The translations under genes were made by a program, and so were the position numbers. The notes under the pieces were generated by a model. That model did not search any database. It had not been told where the DNA came from and saw only the letters and a program-made list of their open reading frames with translations. Shown piece after piece: positions 1 through 14,600 of a stretch of DNA of 64,000 nucleotides. The DNA is from Camelus ferus (lineage: Eukaryota). Positions within the stretch are counted from its first letter, which is position 1, and every line of letters starts with the position of its first letter. Where the stretch lies: the NCBI RefSeq assembly GCF_009834535.1, contig NC_045696.1, forward strand, positions 28,274,001 through 28,338,000. The letters run 5' to 3'.

Positions 1-615
1 CAAAAATGGGCAGACAACCTAAACAAGCAATTCTCCAAGGAAGACATACAAATGATCAATAGGCACATGAAAAAATGCTCTATATCACTAATTATCAGAG
101 AAATGCAAATCAAAACTATAATGAGGTATCACCTCACACCAGTCAGAATAGCCATCATTCAAAAGTCCACAAATGATAAATGCTGGAGAGGCTGTGGAGA
201 AAAGGGAACCCTCCTACACTGCTGGTGGGAATGCAGTCTGGTGCAGCCACTGTGGAAGACAGTATGGAGATTCCTCAAAAGACTAGGAATAGACTTACCA
301 TATGACCCAGGAATCCCACTCCTGGGCATATATCCAGAAGGGACCCTACTTCAAAAACACACCTGCACCCCAATGTTCATAGCAGAACTATTTACAATAG
401 CCAAGACATGGAAACAACCTAAATGTCCATTAATAGATGACTGGATAAAGAAGAGGTGGTATATTTATACAATGGAATACTACTCAGCCATAAAAACCAA
501 CAACATAATGCCATTTGCAGCAACATGGATGTTACTGGAGAATGTCATTCTAAGTGAAGTAAGCCAGAAGGAGAAAGAAAAATACCATATGAGGTTGCTC
601 ATATGCGGAATCTAA
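1..615 (+). CDS. L1 ORF2p C-terminal portion (partial, 5' end outside the window)
   Basis: Uninterrupted frame [27 protein letters not shown]... typical of mammalian L1 ORF2p. Whether the whole element is intact cannot be seen. Confidence 0.85.
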   Translation, partial: QKWADNLNKQFSKEDIQMINRHMKKCSISLIIREMQIKTIMRYHLTPVRIAIIQKSTNDKCWRGCGEKGTLLHCWWECSLVQPLWKTVWRFLKRLGIDLPYDPGIPLLGIYPEGTLLQKHTCTPMFIAELFTIAKTWKQPKCPLIDDWIKKRWYIYTMEYYSAIKTNNIMPFAATWMLLENVILSEVSQKEKEKYHMRLLICGI

Positions 616-940
616 AAACAAAAACAAAAACAAAAAACAAAAATATAAAACAGAAATAGACTCATAGACATAGAATACAAACTTGTGGTTGCCAGGGGGA
701 TGTGGGGGTGGGAAGGGACTGGGATTTCAAAATGTAGAATACATAAACAAGATTGTACTGTGTAGCACAGGGAAATATATACAGGATCTTGTGGTGGATC
801 ACAGCGAAAGAGAATGTGACAATGAATGTATGTATATTCATGTATAACTGAAAAATTGTGCTCTACACTGGAATTTGACACAACATTGTAAAATGACTAT
901 AACTCAATAAAAACGTTTATATTAAGGAAAAAAAAGAAAA
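1..940 (+). mobile_element. LINE-1 3' end (ORF2 C-terminus, 3'UTR, A-rich tail), relatively young; cut by the window edge
   Basis: Frame 1 is open from base 1 to the TAA ending at 615 and encodes the L1 ORF2 cysteine-rich C-terminus ([26 protein letters not shown]...[10 protein letters not shown]). AATAAA at 906-911, then an A-rich tract to ~940. Confidence 0.97.
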
Positions 941-1553
941 TATGGTGGTACTAATTCTTAACTCATTACTCTAGATAAAATTGAAAATGTGCAAAGAAAA
1001 AAACACTCACTACAATTGGAATGCAATCAGATTTTAAAATCCCCCAATTAATTATACATTTTTAATAAATATATGACTTCTTTCCCTTTTTGTACAGTTA
1101 ATTACAATCTATTTGATTTCAAAACAAATACATATATGTTAAGAAGCATGCTTCAGGCAATTTTATTTATTGTGTTAATTTAAGCCTTATGCATAATGAC
1201 CTTAAACTTACAACTTAATATGTAGATAAGGCAATACTATACACCTCTAGGGCAACCCAAGATGATTCATGGTACGTAAAGAGGAGGGCAGTTAGCTTAG
1301 GAAAGTCTTTGAACACTGGAGGATTCTGAATGAATCCAAAACTCAGAGGGAAATGAAGTGTTGACGTTTCAAAGAATGTGGAAACTAAAAAGAAAAGGTC
1401 AAGAGGGCGAAAGTGGGGCAAGAGAGAGCCTGCCATGAGGATGGATGTATTCGGGGGCTATTATAGGACTTGTGCAAGAATAGCAAAAGTTTTGATGGAC
1501 ATATCCACCTGGAATTTGGAGGAATGGAGCATTTTGCTTACTATTCTCATGCT

Positions 1554-1586
1554 ACACACAAACACACACACACACACACACACACA
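1554..1586. repeat. (CA)n microsatellite
   Basis: Direct reading; one interruption. Confidence 0.95.
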
Positions 1587-4199
1587 AGATCAAGATACTA
1601 ATGATAACAATGCAAAAACTACTCAATTCACTGAAATTCCAATACTTTAACTTGAGGAAAATGCCACTGGGAAGGATGTAAGATGTAGTAGATTTTGAAG
1701 AATAACATAACAAGAAATTCCAAAGGAAACACATGTCTTTGGCTTTGAATCAAATTTTACTTCAATTTTCAGCAAACTTTTTTTGGGAAGGTGACCTGGT
1801 CACCGTACCCACTGGACTATTACTAGAACTCCAAGTAGGTTTCAATGTGAAATTCTGCCAGTCCTCTACCAGCTGAATGAGATGTGGCAAAGGAGAATAC
1901 TGGTGCTACATCTTGTGAATTCATAAATTGAACTTTCATCTCTGACTATGTGTAACTCATTCAGGCTCTAGTGAATCATCTTAGTTAAATGAAGAAATAG
2001 TTATTATTTTCCAATTACATTATTTTACAGGTTTATATTTAATCGTACTCCTGGTAGTACAATTTTCCAGTTTCACACACTTTTATTTATTGATCTAGCA
2101 CTTAAAACAAAAGTTGTGGTAATTAAATAGACCATGACCTTGATATAGACATATAATTTGGAAATTACATTTCCTAATATAATTATTATGTAAATTTTAC
2201 ATATATCTAAACTTCCTCTTAATTACACTTAGCTCTTTATTATCCAGGAGTTGTGTATCTGATTTAACACATCAGATCTGTAACTCTTACTGGCTCTATT
2301 ATTTTGGTCATTTAGCTATTTAATCATTTATGAATCCATCACTTTGAGGACTCCTCCTGTTTGCAGTACTTGTGACAAGTTGTGTGCCAAAACAGAGCAA
2401 AATAATAGCAAATATTTTATGCATTAGTATTTCCATTATTGTTTGGCTACCCCCATTGGAAATTTCTAAAAAATTAATAAATAAAAATTATTTTATTTGG
2501 TTTCACGCATTCTTCAACTATAAAAATCTGATTATATTTTGAATTAGAAAATTGCATTTATTTTACACTGCTTGTAAACTTTTGATCATAAAGCTACAAA
2601 GTAAGAGGACAGCAAAATTGTAATAGAGTTCTGGTACTACTTAGGAAGTAGGAAGCATTGTTTAAAAGATGATTAGAAATTAAAGTGCAAGGTTTTAAAG
2701 TTTTTTTTTTCCATAATTTCACAGACCTTTATAAATTACCATGTTCTATGAAGTGAAAAGTTTTTTTCTGTTACACATTGTGTATCTCCAATGTACAAGA
2801 CAGAGAAGGCACTTAACATTAGTTGACTTACAATGCAGTTTTTCAGTTACCCAAGTAAAAGAGACTGCTAGTCACTCTACTATCCCCATAGTAGGGTCAA
2901 GATTTGAATTAAGAATAAGGATAGGGTTAGATTGAAAAATATGTACCTTTGAAAAAGATTATTAATTGGCTATATATGAAAAAATGTTTCTTTTTTAATT
3001 CTCTAGTGTTAAATATTTAGGCAACTGGAAGATTTGAATAAAAACACAATACAAATTATTAAAATGATTACTTCAAAGACTCATTTCATTGGAAAAAAAT
3101 ACAACTGATGGCAATAACTTGGGAGAAAAAGATGACGGTTCAAATATGATAATTCCAGTCCTCAGCAACATGAAGCAGGTGGAAAGAAGGCAGCTGGGAT
3201 GTGAGCTGGGATGTGGACCAGTGTTTATGGCTGCCAAGAGACCCAAATACAGAAGCACTCCCTGCTGTTGGAGGAGAGTAATAAAACTAGCCAACATCTG
3301 GGTTTTTAATTAGTTGAGGACAGGGTTTCTATCTCTGGAATCAGGTGAAGGGGCCACCATTTTCTGAAAGATTGTTCAGTATCAACAGACTGTTGACAAA
3401 CCCTAACTCTAGTAGACCATGGGTTGTGTTAAGGGCTATGCTATAATCACTGAGGAGAATGTGGGGTGTTCAAGTAGGGACCAAGTCTCGTGGACCGATA
3501 AATACAGCAAATAAAAGTAGTGCAGGAGAGCTACAACTCTGAGTGCTTATGACGTTAAAGGAGACCTGGAGAGTAACGTGGAAACCAGCCGTTAACATAA
3601 GTCTCCTAGCCATTAGACCTTAAAATATTCTTGAATGCTTTAAGAGAGCAAAAGCCAGCGCACTTGAAAGCAGCGGGTGCCAAGGTCAACTCAGTAAGAA
3701 CACAGGCTCTTTGCCCCTTGTCTTCTTTCTTACTTCCAGCTGTGCACAGAAAATTCAAGAGCCACAGGTCTTAACTGAAGCCAAAGTCACTTCAAAGTTT
3801 CTCCCTAATTATGAAAGAGACATTAAGAAACTTCTCCTCTGTGTGTGCATGTGTTTTTTTTTCCCTTTCAGTTATCCTGAGGTAGAGTACATGTCTTATC
3901 CACTCTCTTTGAAGGAGAAAAACAAAAACAAAACAGAACAAAAACTAAGGCAATCACATCCTGACAGCACCCTCAATAATATAATATCTTTGGTAAACAA
4001 ACCGAAAATAATTTCCCAGGATGCTAGAGCTCTGGACCTCAATTCTGAAAGTGCTTAGCAGTGATTTTTGTTTGTTTAATTCCTAATGGAAGTGCCAGTT
4101 TTCCTATTGATTTTTCAACCTCCCCTGACAGTATTCTCACATGTCTATGCAGTCTGCCTTATAATCTACAGGTCCATGCCGATAGAGTCATCTACACCT

Positions 4200-4300
4200 A
4201 TCAATCAGAAAGGATTTATTAAACACAGGCTATGTACCCGGTGTTCTAGGGAATAAGAAAGAAGTGAAGGACACTCTCCTGGCTCTAAAGAGACGAACCA
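4200..4300 (-). mobile_element. L2 3'-end fragment
   Basis: ggatttattaaacacaggctatgtacccggtgttctaggga resembles the reverse complement of the L2 3' terminus. Confidence 0.5.
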
Positions 4301-6449
4301 ATATTTTGTCACAATCAATAATAAGACTGTGTGAGTGTAAACAGGAAGTATATTATCTGGTAAAGGATACGATTTCTCTAGCTGCTTGAAGACAGTGCAG
4401 AAATGTACTGATAATGATAAATCTGGCATATTGGGTCTTTGGGCATAGAGCATTTTGCTACTCTGTTTTTTCTTGCTTTTAAGTTTGTCAGGAATGTATT
4501 TTACTCTGTTTTATTTTTCCAATTCCCTTTTGGGTGACACTGATTTTTACTCTCTCCTTGGTCTAATTTTTAGATTGAAGTCTTACATATGTTGGTGGTC
4601 CTTGTTTGGGGACCAAACTGATGTTAGCACACGTGATAGAATGATAAATATATTTGCTAATCTTAATATGACTGCTTATTTCTCTATTCTTTAGTGTTTT
4701 GGAGGAAATTAGAGGATATAAATATTGTCAATGCTAATCTCTGGAAGTTTACAAATACAGATTAGAACCTTAACTAAACAGATTCATTTCAGTTTCAGGG
4801 TATGTTTGGTTATGTGCACTGGGGACGTGGTATGAGGTGGCGTCCTGTATACAGTGACACCATGAGTGGGATAAAATCTGTAACTGCTCCTCTCTCCTAA
4901 GCATCCTCTCTCAAGGTTTTAGCTTCCCTTTGAACCTAGCTGGGTCATTATTTCATCACTTTTCCGAATGGGATAATCATACCCTCCACTTTGCCTGCTG
5001 CTAAGGGCTGCTCTTTTTCTGCTGTGTATTCTAGCTTCAAAATGGAAAAATTCTCCATTTCCCATTATTTATTAAGTTTTCACAGATCAAGTTATTATGA
5101 AAATAGAAAAGTGAAATAAACCCACAAGCAAGAAAATACAATAGGGCAGTAGCAAGCAAGAATATGGGAATATTTTTGTAATCAAGAATCAAGACACTGC
5201 TTGGCATACCTGTCACAAATATCCAGGCGTCTATAGATACATAATTCTGTCAATATGTTTGTTGACCAGAGCATGTTCTGTAGCTCTGTAGCTGTGAGCT
5301 GGTCTACTTTTGTGCAGTTTGCTAGTCTTCTAATGATACTGAGCTTAGTTGCTTCCTCTCTCTCTCTCACTATGTGGAAAACAATCTTGCACAACCTTAT
5401 GTATGATCTATTTTCTATTGTAAAAGAACATGCCTACATTAGATGCCCCACTAACTTCTTTGTAATACACATTTCCTACATTTCTTAGATTTTTTTTCCT
5501 GAGTCTTCTTTTTTTTTTTTTTTTTTTTTTTTCTGGCCTTTTGGTAGCTATTCCTCACAAAAGAATACCCATTCTTCCAAATCAGTGTCAAGGAAAAGGA
5601 CTGCATACTTGAAAATAAATAAATAACAATATAATCAATAGAATTAGGACCCTCTTGGTGGGAAGGGAATTTTGGAAGAAAGGAGAGAGAAAGAGAGAGG
5701 ACAGAAAGAAGCAACAAGATCTTTAACAAGGAAACTGAGTCACTATTTTCATCCTCTCATTTTCTTGTTTATTTTTAGCAAGGAGCAGTTATGCATGAGA
5801 AAAAGAACAGAGTTTTAAGGGCTTACAGTTCATTTTAATATTCCACAGGATCTCTATTCCTAGGTTTTACAAGATAGTCCTCAAAGTGTTTTTGTATCTG
5901 GACAACAAGAGTTCAATTAAATACACTTCTCTTTCTTAATCTGATTATTTCCTTTTGATATTTGTTAATTGGTCAACCAGAGAAAAGTGAATCAATTAAT
6001 GATGGCCTTTTTCTACTTTTCTGTTCCTTCTATAGAATGTCATTGACTTTTAGAATTGACACTTACTATAGAGAATTAGCTTTCAGGAGCTTTATCTGGA
6101 GACTCATAAAAAAATTTCATCCATACTATGAAAGTAGTAGGCTAAACTAGGTACACAAAGAAAGTGCATAATTTGGAGCAACTATTTAATTTATTTTTCT
6201 CTTCTGTAAAATGAAGGAGACTGGAGTTAATGTAATAGGAAATTTCTTTTTTCCTATTTCCAATTATTTTTTTCATATACATGTATATACACACACTCCC
6301 TCACCAATTTAACAGCCAATTTGTAATCTGAAAACACCTTAAAATTCACCAAAATTATATTGCACTGTATTCCCCTCCTGATACTAATATATATGACCCA
6401 CTATAAAATATTTGAATATACATCAGAGACATAGAAACACTGTATTATT

Positions 6450-6600
6450 ATGGTGGAAAAAAGCATAGAAATTAAAATAAAGTAGTTCTGGGTTTGTCAG
6501 TAACTGGACAAGTTACATGACCTCTCTGTGCTTCAGATTCTTCCCTTGTGAAATACATCTCCCAGGGCTATTGTGAGAATTAAATAAAATTAACTGACTA
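6450..6600 (+). mobile_element. MIR SINE fragment
   Basis: MIR core-like ggacaagttacatgacctctctgtgcttcagattcttc...cagggctattgtgagaattaaataa. Confidence 0.75.
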
Positions 6601-6734
6601 GATACATATGTGGGTATCAATTTAAGAGACTTTTACTTTATTAAATATTTAGATACCTTCTGTTTCTTAAGCCTTGATGGCATGATCTTGGTTGGATTTA
6701 GTTAAATATGGGTGTAAGTACATTTGGGAAAATA

Positions 6735-6940
6735 AGTGTATATATATGTGTATATATATATACATGTGTATATAAAATATGTGTATATATAAAACTATAT
6801 ATAATTTAAATTATATAATTATATGTATAAGTATATATAAATTTATACATATGTATAGGTAATACATATTATATAAATATACTATTTACATGCAAATAAT
6901 ATATCATTTAAGTATATATCATGATAATATACTTTATAAA
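6735..6940. repeat. Degenerate (TA)n / AT-rich low-complexity tract
   Basis: Direct reading. Confidence 0.85.
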
Positions 6941-7669
6941 TACGTGCACAAATATTTTGCTAAGTATATACATCTAGGACCAGTGGAGAACAGTTCGGTT
7001 TTGGTAGGTCTGAGTCTGGGAATTCTGCAGTTTATAAGTCCTTTAAGGGCAGTAACACTATTCTGTGGATGTTTGAATTTTCCATACTTCCATATACAGA
7101 ACATTGTGTAATTGGTATGTATTATAGATTTAATGAAAAATTGTTGCCATTGAATAAGAGTGTTCCTCACCTATTCCTATTTGCTTAACCTATGCATTTT
7201 GACAAATCTTTAGAGTTTTGAGCTGATGACAGAGTTTTAAGTGTGGTATATCTTCCAGGCTAGGCAATCGCTTTTTGAAGAATAACTGTGCCCTGGCCTC
7301 TGGAATAACTTGGTAAACCTCCTCATGCACCATCATCTGTTTAGCATAAATGCAGCATTTCATCCAGCAATCCGTAGAGATTTGCAATTTGTCTGTAGTT
7401 GACACTTGGAAAATCTTTTTCTCTAGTAGTTTTCCCACTAGATTAGAAGGACCAGGTTGATCTTTAATAAACCAGATGCCAAGAACTTTATTATCATTAC
7501 CCCCTGGGTATACTTGAAACTATCTCAACAATTTGATCATTTCTACAGTGCCTGCAACAACCCCAGCTGCAAGTCACTCTGAGGCTTTGTTTTCTTGATA
7601 CTGCAGCTGTGCTGTAGGCACTCCCTTGATCAGAAGTTCATTTACATGTTTATACAGAGTCAAGAAATA

Positions 7670-8790
7670 TTAATATTCAATATTATTGAGTATCCAGTAT
7701 ACTCAGGCCATGGTTCTCGGCACAGGATGTGCAGATCCTACTTTGCCACTATGGAGATGACATCCTAGTGGAAGGGCTATGACAACTTTAGCCACAGAAA
7801 CTATGGCACAGAATATAAAAATTATGTTCAGAGTACTCAGGGAAGATACGTCATAAAAATCTACCAACTATGAGGGATTAAGGAAGATATTTAAGAAGAA
7901 ATTTGAGCTGATTTTGGAATGAATGAGTAAGAATTTAACTCAGCAAAAAGGAAAAGAACATTCCAGGCAAAGAGAAAATAGAGTAGCAGAAGGAGCAGTG
8001 ATGGTTTGATAAACTGAATTAAGTCTTACACAGTTGAAGCCAGCAAATATAGAAAGAATAAGGAGAGAGGAAACTGAAGATATTTGAAGGATTGAGTTTA
8101 TGAAGCACCTCAAAGACCCTACTGTAGTTGTGGTTATTATTCTAAGGGTCATGAGGAGCCAATAAAGGATTTTACATGCATGGATTGTGGGTGGCTGGTA
8201 TACAGCATGGTTAAATTTTAGTTGGAAAAGGTCATGTCAGCTGCATTGTGAAAGGGAGAAACTCACATGAAAGAGAGAAAGAGATCAGCTAGTGCACTGG
8301 AGCTGAAGGCCAGGTTAGAGATGATTAATAAATAATTAGATTTGTGATAAAGATGAGAGAATTAGAGATATTGCCAAGACTTTAATGAAGTAATACCTGC
8401 AAATGTTATTAACCAACTATTTTGGGGAGAGGCAGACAGTAAAGACAATGTCAAAGATGAGTTCCAGACATCTGGCTTATGTACTGTAGGAAAAACATCA
8501 CGAGAGTGTGGTGTCATAGAAAACAAGACAAAGAGAGTGTTTTCGGAAGAAGGGCAATGTCAAAAGTATTAACTTCTACAAAAAGGTCAAGTAAATAAGA
8601 GCTATTAAGTGTCTTTGGCTTTAGTGACAAGGAAACCATTTTGACCTCAGTAAGAACCATTTCACTGACGTAATAAGAGCAAAGGCCAGATTAGAGTAGG
8701 TTGAGAACTTCCTGGGACGTAAAGAAAAGGAGTCTGGGATGTAAGACAGCTTGTTAAAGAAGTTTGATGCTGAAAAGAATCAGAGAGAGC
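7670..8790 (-). mobile_element. L2 LINE remnant
   Basis: Starts with an L2 3'-end reverse-complement-like motif (attcaatattattgagtatccagtatactcaggccatggttctcggcac), followed by purine-rich degenerate sequence typical of antisense L2. Confidence 0.7.
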
Positions 8791-10920
8791 AAGCATTAGT
8801 TAGAAAAGGAGTTGACACCAAATCACCATTTTTATGTACAACAGGGTAGCAGCTGGAAGCAACTTGGTTTGGGGCCAGAGGGGTGGGGGTGGGGTTTGTT
8901 GGTGAATCGGAGACTGGAGTTATTTTATGAGAGCATGGAAAACAAGTTAGTTATCCTGCCTTTTCATGAAGTCCAGTAAAATAATATACATAATCAGAAT
9001 AAAAGATGTAGGCAAGATATTAAAGATGTCCTTGAATATAAACACTGATGTTCTGGAGGGATTTAGTCTGTTTTCCCATTTCCAAAGAAAGCAATTCTCT
9101 TGGTTTTGTTTGGATGTGGTCTTACCCAGAGGAAAGGAAGTAGAACAGATAATTATCTTCATAAATTTCCCTCCATTCTCTGATTCTAAATACCAAGATG
9201 ACAGTATATTATTTCCTGATAGAAAAAAAGGGGGACTTTTTTCTAAAATGAGTAAATTATGTCCGGAACTTACACAGATTCTGGGTAAATTCTGCTTCAG
9301 TTCATAAAAGGCAATTCAGTGACAATAACATGTTGAAAAATTTAAAATCCATTCTCACCAAAATATTACACATATGTATCTATGGAAACAATGTTTTATA
9401 GGCAAATGATTATCACGTCCACATTCCAAAATAGATTTATATTTATAGTGACACACAAATATTTGAAATGAAGGAATATTGTTTCTAAATGTGTGATTTC
9501 TCAATATCTCTCATATGAAAACAGTGAAATAAAACCGTACACTGTGTCATTTTAATGTGTGGTCTCACCTATATTAAAATATATATATTCATGGAATACA
9601 ATACAAAAAATGTTACGATAGTCTTCACTTGTATGGAAATATTCACAGAACCCTAGGGCAATACAATGTAACTTTTCAAAAGTATTCCAACTTATATGCC
9701 TTGAACAACAATATAACAACTTAAAACAACTATATACTTTTTCATATTAAATTAAAGACTTGGGAGAAAACCACAAGAAGCAATGTAAAGTTTTCTACCT
9801 TAAATATAATTACAGAATGAGACATAAGACATGTTGTAGCTGTTATAATTGTATTAAAATACTGAATATTTTACTCAATAATTATTAAAGGAGGATGTTC
9901 TGAGGCATGAAAATTACTCTTATGATAATAAAGACTTAAAATGATGTCACTAATTTCAACTTGTTACATAGCATGTTGAAGGACAAGGTAATGAGGAAGT
10001 TATTGAGTTTCCTGGGAACTCTAATTTAACTTGTGGAATTTTTGTCAATTTAGGATTAGTTTCCTGTGCTTAAATCTAAATAGGTATGTTTACATTGAGA
10101 ATTAAATGTGTGCTGTATTGATTTATAATAAGTATTTTCCAGTTTTATTATAAAGCTTGTTTATGTAATTTATATAATTTTAACTATCCACTTTTTTAAA
10201 AAAAGAAATGAAGTTTTACAAAAAGCAAATAACCAACAGACAAACAAGTTATTCCTAGCACTGGGTAAGTACAGAGGTGATACATAAATGCGTTACCCTC
10301 AGGCACCTTTAAATTATGCAATAGTCCTTTTTTCTTAGGAAATTCAAGGATTTAATGACCTTGGCAACATAGTAACAGTACTATACATCTATTACAATAA
10401 ATTATAAGAGAATTTAATGTCATAAAATATCTTGATTTCCGGAGGAACAAAATTTCTTCTAAAAAATTAACTATATCTCAATTCTTCATATATCTTGTAA
10501 GATGTCTACTCATATGACAAGACTGAAGTATATACTCAAGGAAAAGAAAGAAATTGCCTAGAAATCAGTACAACTTTTCAGAACTTAAAATACCTTGCAT
10601 CGAAATATCAAAAAATGAGTTAACATTTTTGTCACTCTTTGTCATCTAAATAATTACTATAATCTTATTTTTGGATTTCTGAGTAAATGATTTAAGACAT
10701 TCATATTTATGATTCTCTTTTCTTATGATGCATATATTGTTCATTCAAACAGTTACATTGAGTAGCTAGTAGGTATGCATTCCTAAGTATTTGAAAGACA
10801 TTTGTTATGATTTCTTTTTATCCCAGTAAATGAAAAAGTCTGTGAATAAATGTTTTTACAATAGATACCAAAGCAAGTGTGAAAGGACTTCAACTGAAAT
10901 GAAACGGAGAATCTCACACA

Positions 10921-11261
10921 TGTGACCTCAGGAAAACAAAACTTAAGAACTGAGAAACATATTTCCTTTAAACACTTGATTTACGGAAAACAGGAATTTA
11001 TCTTCTCAACAATGAACATCCATCAAGAATCTGTCCCTGTCCTCAAGCCAGTGAACTTGCTGCTTGGAATCTGGCTGGACTTCTCCCTCTTTGCACATAT
11101 CCTTTGCCTATAAATGCAGTCACCTCCAAACCTTCAACAAACTCACCTGTAGCTGGCTATAGTTTGTATTTCCAGAATTGTAATTCCTCTGCTATTCCCT
11201 ACAAAACTCAATTTCACGTAATTTAAGCTTACCTCAGTTTACCTCTTTATTTAGGTTGACA
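10921..11261 (+). mobile_element. Solo LTR, ERV1 class (MER34/MER39-like)
   Basis: TG...CA termini (tgtgacc...ttaggttgaca), TATA-like cctataaa near 11108, and a 3' end gaattgtaattcctctgctattccc...tttaggttgaca like MER34-group LTRs. Flanks caca/caaa are a possible 4-bp TSD. Confidence 0.7.
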
Positions 11262-11649
11262 CAAATGAATGGTAATCAGTATTGCTGCAGTCCTATAATC
11301 AATACATACTCTTTCTAAAAGCATTTTCATAGTAATACCTTACAAAATCTCTTCCACTTTTAATAATTTCAGAATTTCCCTTGTGTTGACATAGAACAAA
11401 TAGCCTGCCAGATGTATCTTCAGCAAACACAGTCCAAATATTAATTAAAACTTAAGAAATCTCTCTCATTTCAAAGGAAGTAAATATTATATGAGTCTAA
11501 ATTACTTTTGCTGATTTTCCACCTCATCACCCAGTGTTTCAAGAGTTGTCAAAATGTTAGAGTAAAAAGTACTCAACAAGGTGAGAGTCTATTTGTATTG
11601 ACCTGGCTACAAATTAACCATGTTATGTAGGGAGAACAGATTCTCTTGA

Positions 11650-14600
11650 AGATTTAAAGTTCCTAGACTTCTCTGAAACTTCTGAGTCTACAATAGTGGC
11701 TCATCTTTTCTCATCAAGAACTTATCTACCTCCTGGGCTAGAAAATGCTTAGAGGTCTTCATCCCACATTCTATTGCCCCTGCATTCTCCCTTGGCTGCC
11801 AGGCTGATAATCAGATTAAGGCAGATATAATCCATCCAGAGATGTGTTGGTCCTTTTAAGGAAGCAAAAAGAGTATAATCTCAAATGAATGAAATCTGCC
11901 CAACGTGTACTGGTAGGGAACTGGGACTATCCATGTGACTCTACTGATAACAGAGTGTCTTCAGTTAAGGAAACCAGAAAATAAGACCCATCTAGGGAGA
12001 TTTTATTGACTTGTGAAAACTTTTTTTGGGATAAAGGAATTGCACTCCTTGGCTTAGACCATAGAGGATGGCTCTTGAAATTGTGTACATATAAACTAAA
12101 AGTTAGGTTGACTCCTAGGAACCTTGAAAAAGGAATCGCTCACGGGGAACAGGGTAGAAATGCCTGAGTGAGAAAGAAAAGGGGTTTAAAATCTCATTAA
12201 AAAGGATAAGCTGGGATAGACATATTATGAGAGATACAAAGTCCTAAAGGAGAACTACATTCCATGGGAAAGTGCAGAGTATACCACACTTGGTAAGACC
12301 ATTAGAAACGTGCTAATGAAGAGATACCAACATCATTAAGAAGTTCAGGGATGGCTCTCCTCTGAACAGAACTGAACTCACTGATAACTGATATTTTAGG
12401 GGCCCTCAAAGAGTGGAAGCCAGGTACCAGCGCTTAGACGTCAGAAGCCAGGCATGTCAGATAACTACTATAATGCCTGAGCATTCACAGCAAGGGGATC
12501 TGGCACATAGAGAGTTATGGTGATGGTTAACGAAACATGCATTCCTAGGGACAAAATAGATGAATAGTAAACAAGGGCACTTCTTCACATTGTTATTTAA
12601 AAGAGAGAAATATTGGATGAACAAGAAGCTGAGGTCAGTTGCACTAATAAACTTTTCAAAATCTTTTGACTAGTTTCTGGAATTAGTCCAGTTTCTGACA
12701 CCAAGCCCTCTGATAAAAGAAGTGGTCGGTGCCCTATGGGGAAGGACTGGACATGGTCATGGCCAGTATACACTCTAAAGGATTTCCTTAGTCCTTCCCC
12801 AAAGACTTCTATGGCATTATCTTAAGTAATTTTAAAATGAGAGAAGGAGAATCCTCACACATCTATTGTTGGACATCAGCTCTGGGTAGACACTGATACC
12901 CGGGAACCTGAAGCATCATCATGTCTCTTCAGTTAGAAGGAATATGGAGGCCAGAAATAAGTGGATTCCTGGCTGGAGTCTGGTTTTCAGTGTGTCTGTA
13001 GATTTGCCTGGTGATTATTTCACTGGTGCCTGAGTATATAACTAGGATAAATAAAAACAATATCACATCAGAAGTGGGGGAAACAATGGCGATTATTGCC
13101 AATCTCAAAAACCTAAAAAGTGCAGGGCTAGTGGTCCCTATTATATTTTCATTTAATTCCTCATTCCAGCCCTACAGAAACAAAGTGGATTCTGAAAAAT
13201 GGCTGTGGGTTACTGCAGACTCAAACTTCCAGTAGCCCTGGTCCCAGCTGCTGTGCCAGACTTGATACCTCAGCTAGAGCAGGTTAATGTGGCCTCAGGT
13301 ATAGGACGGATGACTACTGGATAAATAAACACATCCTTTTATATTCCAATTAGGACAGAGAATCATAAAAGTTCACATTCACAACAATATATATTTTTAT
13401 TTTCCCCCAGAGCTGTGTTAACCCTCCCATCCTCTGCCGTAATATACTCCAAAGAGATCTGTACCATCTGGATATCCCATAAAACATCTACAGATCCATT
13501 ACATCAGAGGCATCCTGCTGATGAAGCAGGAGCAAGAAGTGGCCAGCATGCTGGAGGTCTTGGTAAGACATATGTGGTCCAAAGGATGGGAAACAAGTCT
13601 CATAAAGATATAGGCTCTGCCACTTCAGTGAAGTGGGAGGAGTCCAGGCATCCAGGGCATGTGAGAACAGCTTCTCCAAAGTAAAAGACAAGTTGATGCA
13701 ACTTGCATTCTCAACACAAATAAGAAAACACAAAGCCTGGTAGACCCTTTTGGATTCTGAAGATAATATACTCCATATCTTGGAATATTGTTCTGATTTT
13801 CATATCAAATGACATGGAAGGCTGGTAGCTTGGAGCTGAGCCTGAAGCAGCACAGAGAAGGTCCAAGCTATATAACAAGCAGTTGTGCCATTTGGGCCAT
13901 ACAGTTTGCAGACCTTGTAACGCCTGGGTGTCAGTGATGGAAAAAGGTGCAGTGTGCAATGGAGAGTCAGAGTACAACACGGACTCTTGAGTTACTGGAG
14001 CAAGACCATTCTATGTGCAGCAGAGAAACATACACCTTTACAAGAGAGCTTCTGGGGCTTGACTGAGTTCTTAAGAGACAAAATGCCTGACTACAGAGTA
14101 CCAAGTAATCATGCATCTGGAATTGCCATAACGGGCTGCGTTCTTTTGGACTCACAAGTCATAAAGTGAAGTGGGCATGGTAGTTATCCATTGTAAGTCA
14201 GAAATGACTTATCTGTGACCAAGCATGAGGTCCTGGTCAAGCAAGCTGCATGGACAGTTGTCCCAGATTCCCACTCAACCGTCATGGTTATATCAGCACC
14301 CTTTCCTCAGCTCACAGTCGCTCTCTGGAGGGTTCTGCTTGACTGATGCAAAATGAAGAAAAGGCACAACTTGGTTTATGGATGGGTAAGCTTGGTATGA
14401 GGAAGCCATCCAAACGTGGATGGCAGCTACAATGTAGCGCACTCAGAAGTGGCCTTAAGAGACAGCATAAGGAAAAAAATCTTCCTGAAGGGCAGAACTT
14501 CAAGTGGCCCACCTGGTTCTCCACTCAGTGTAGAAGGAGAAGTGGTCTGAGTTTAGAATATATATAAACATATGGGAAGTGGAAAATTGCCTGGCTGGGT

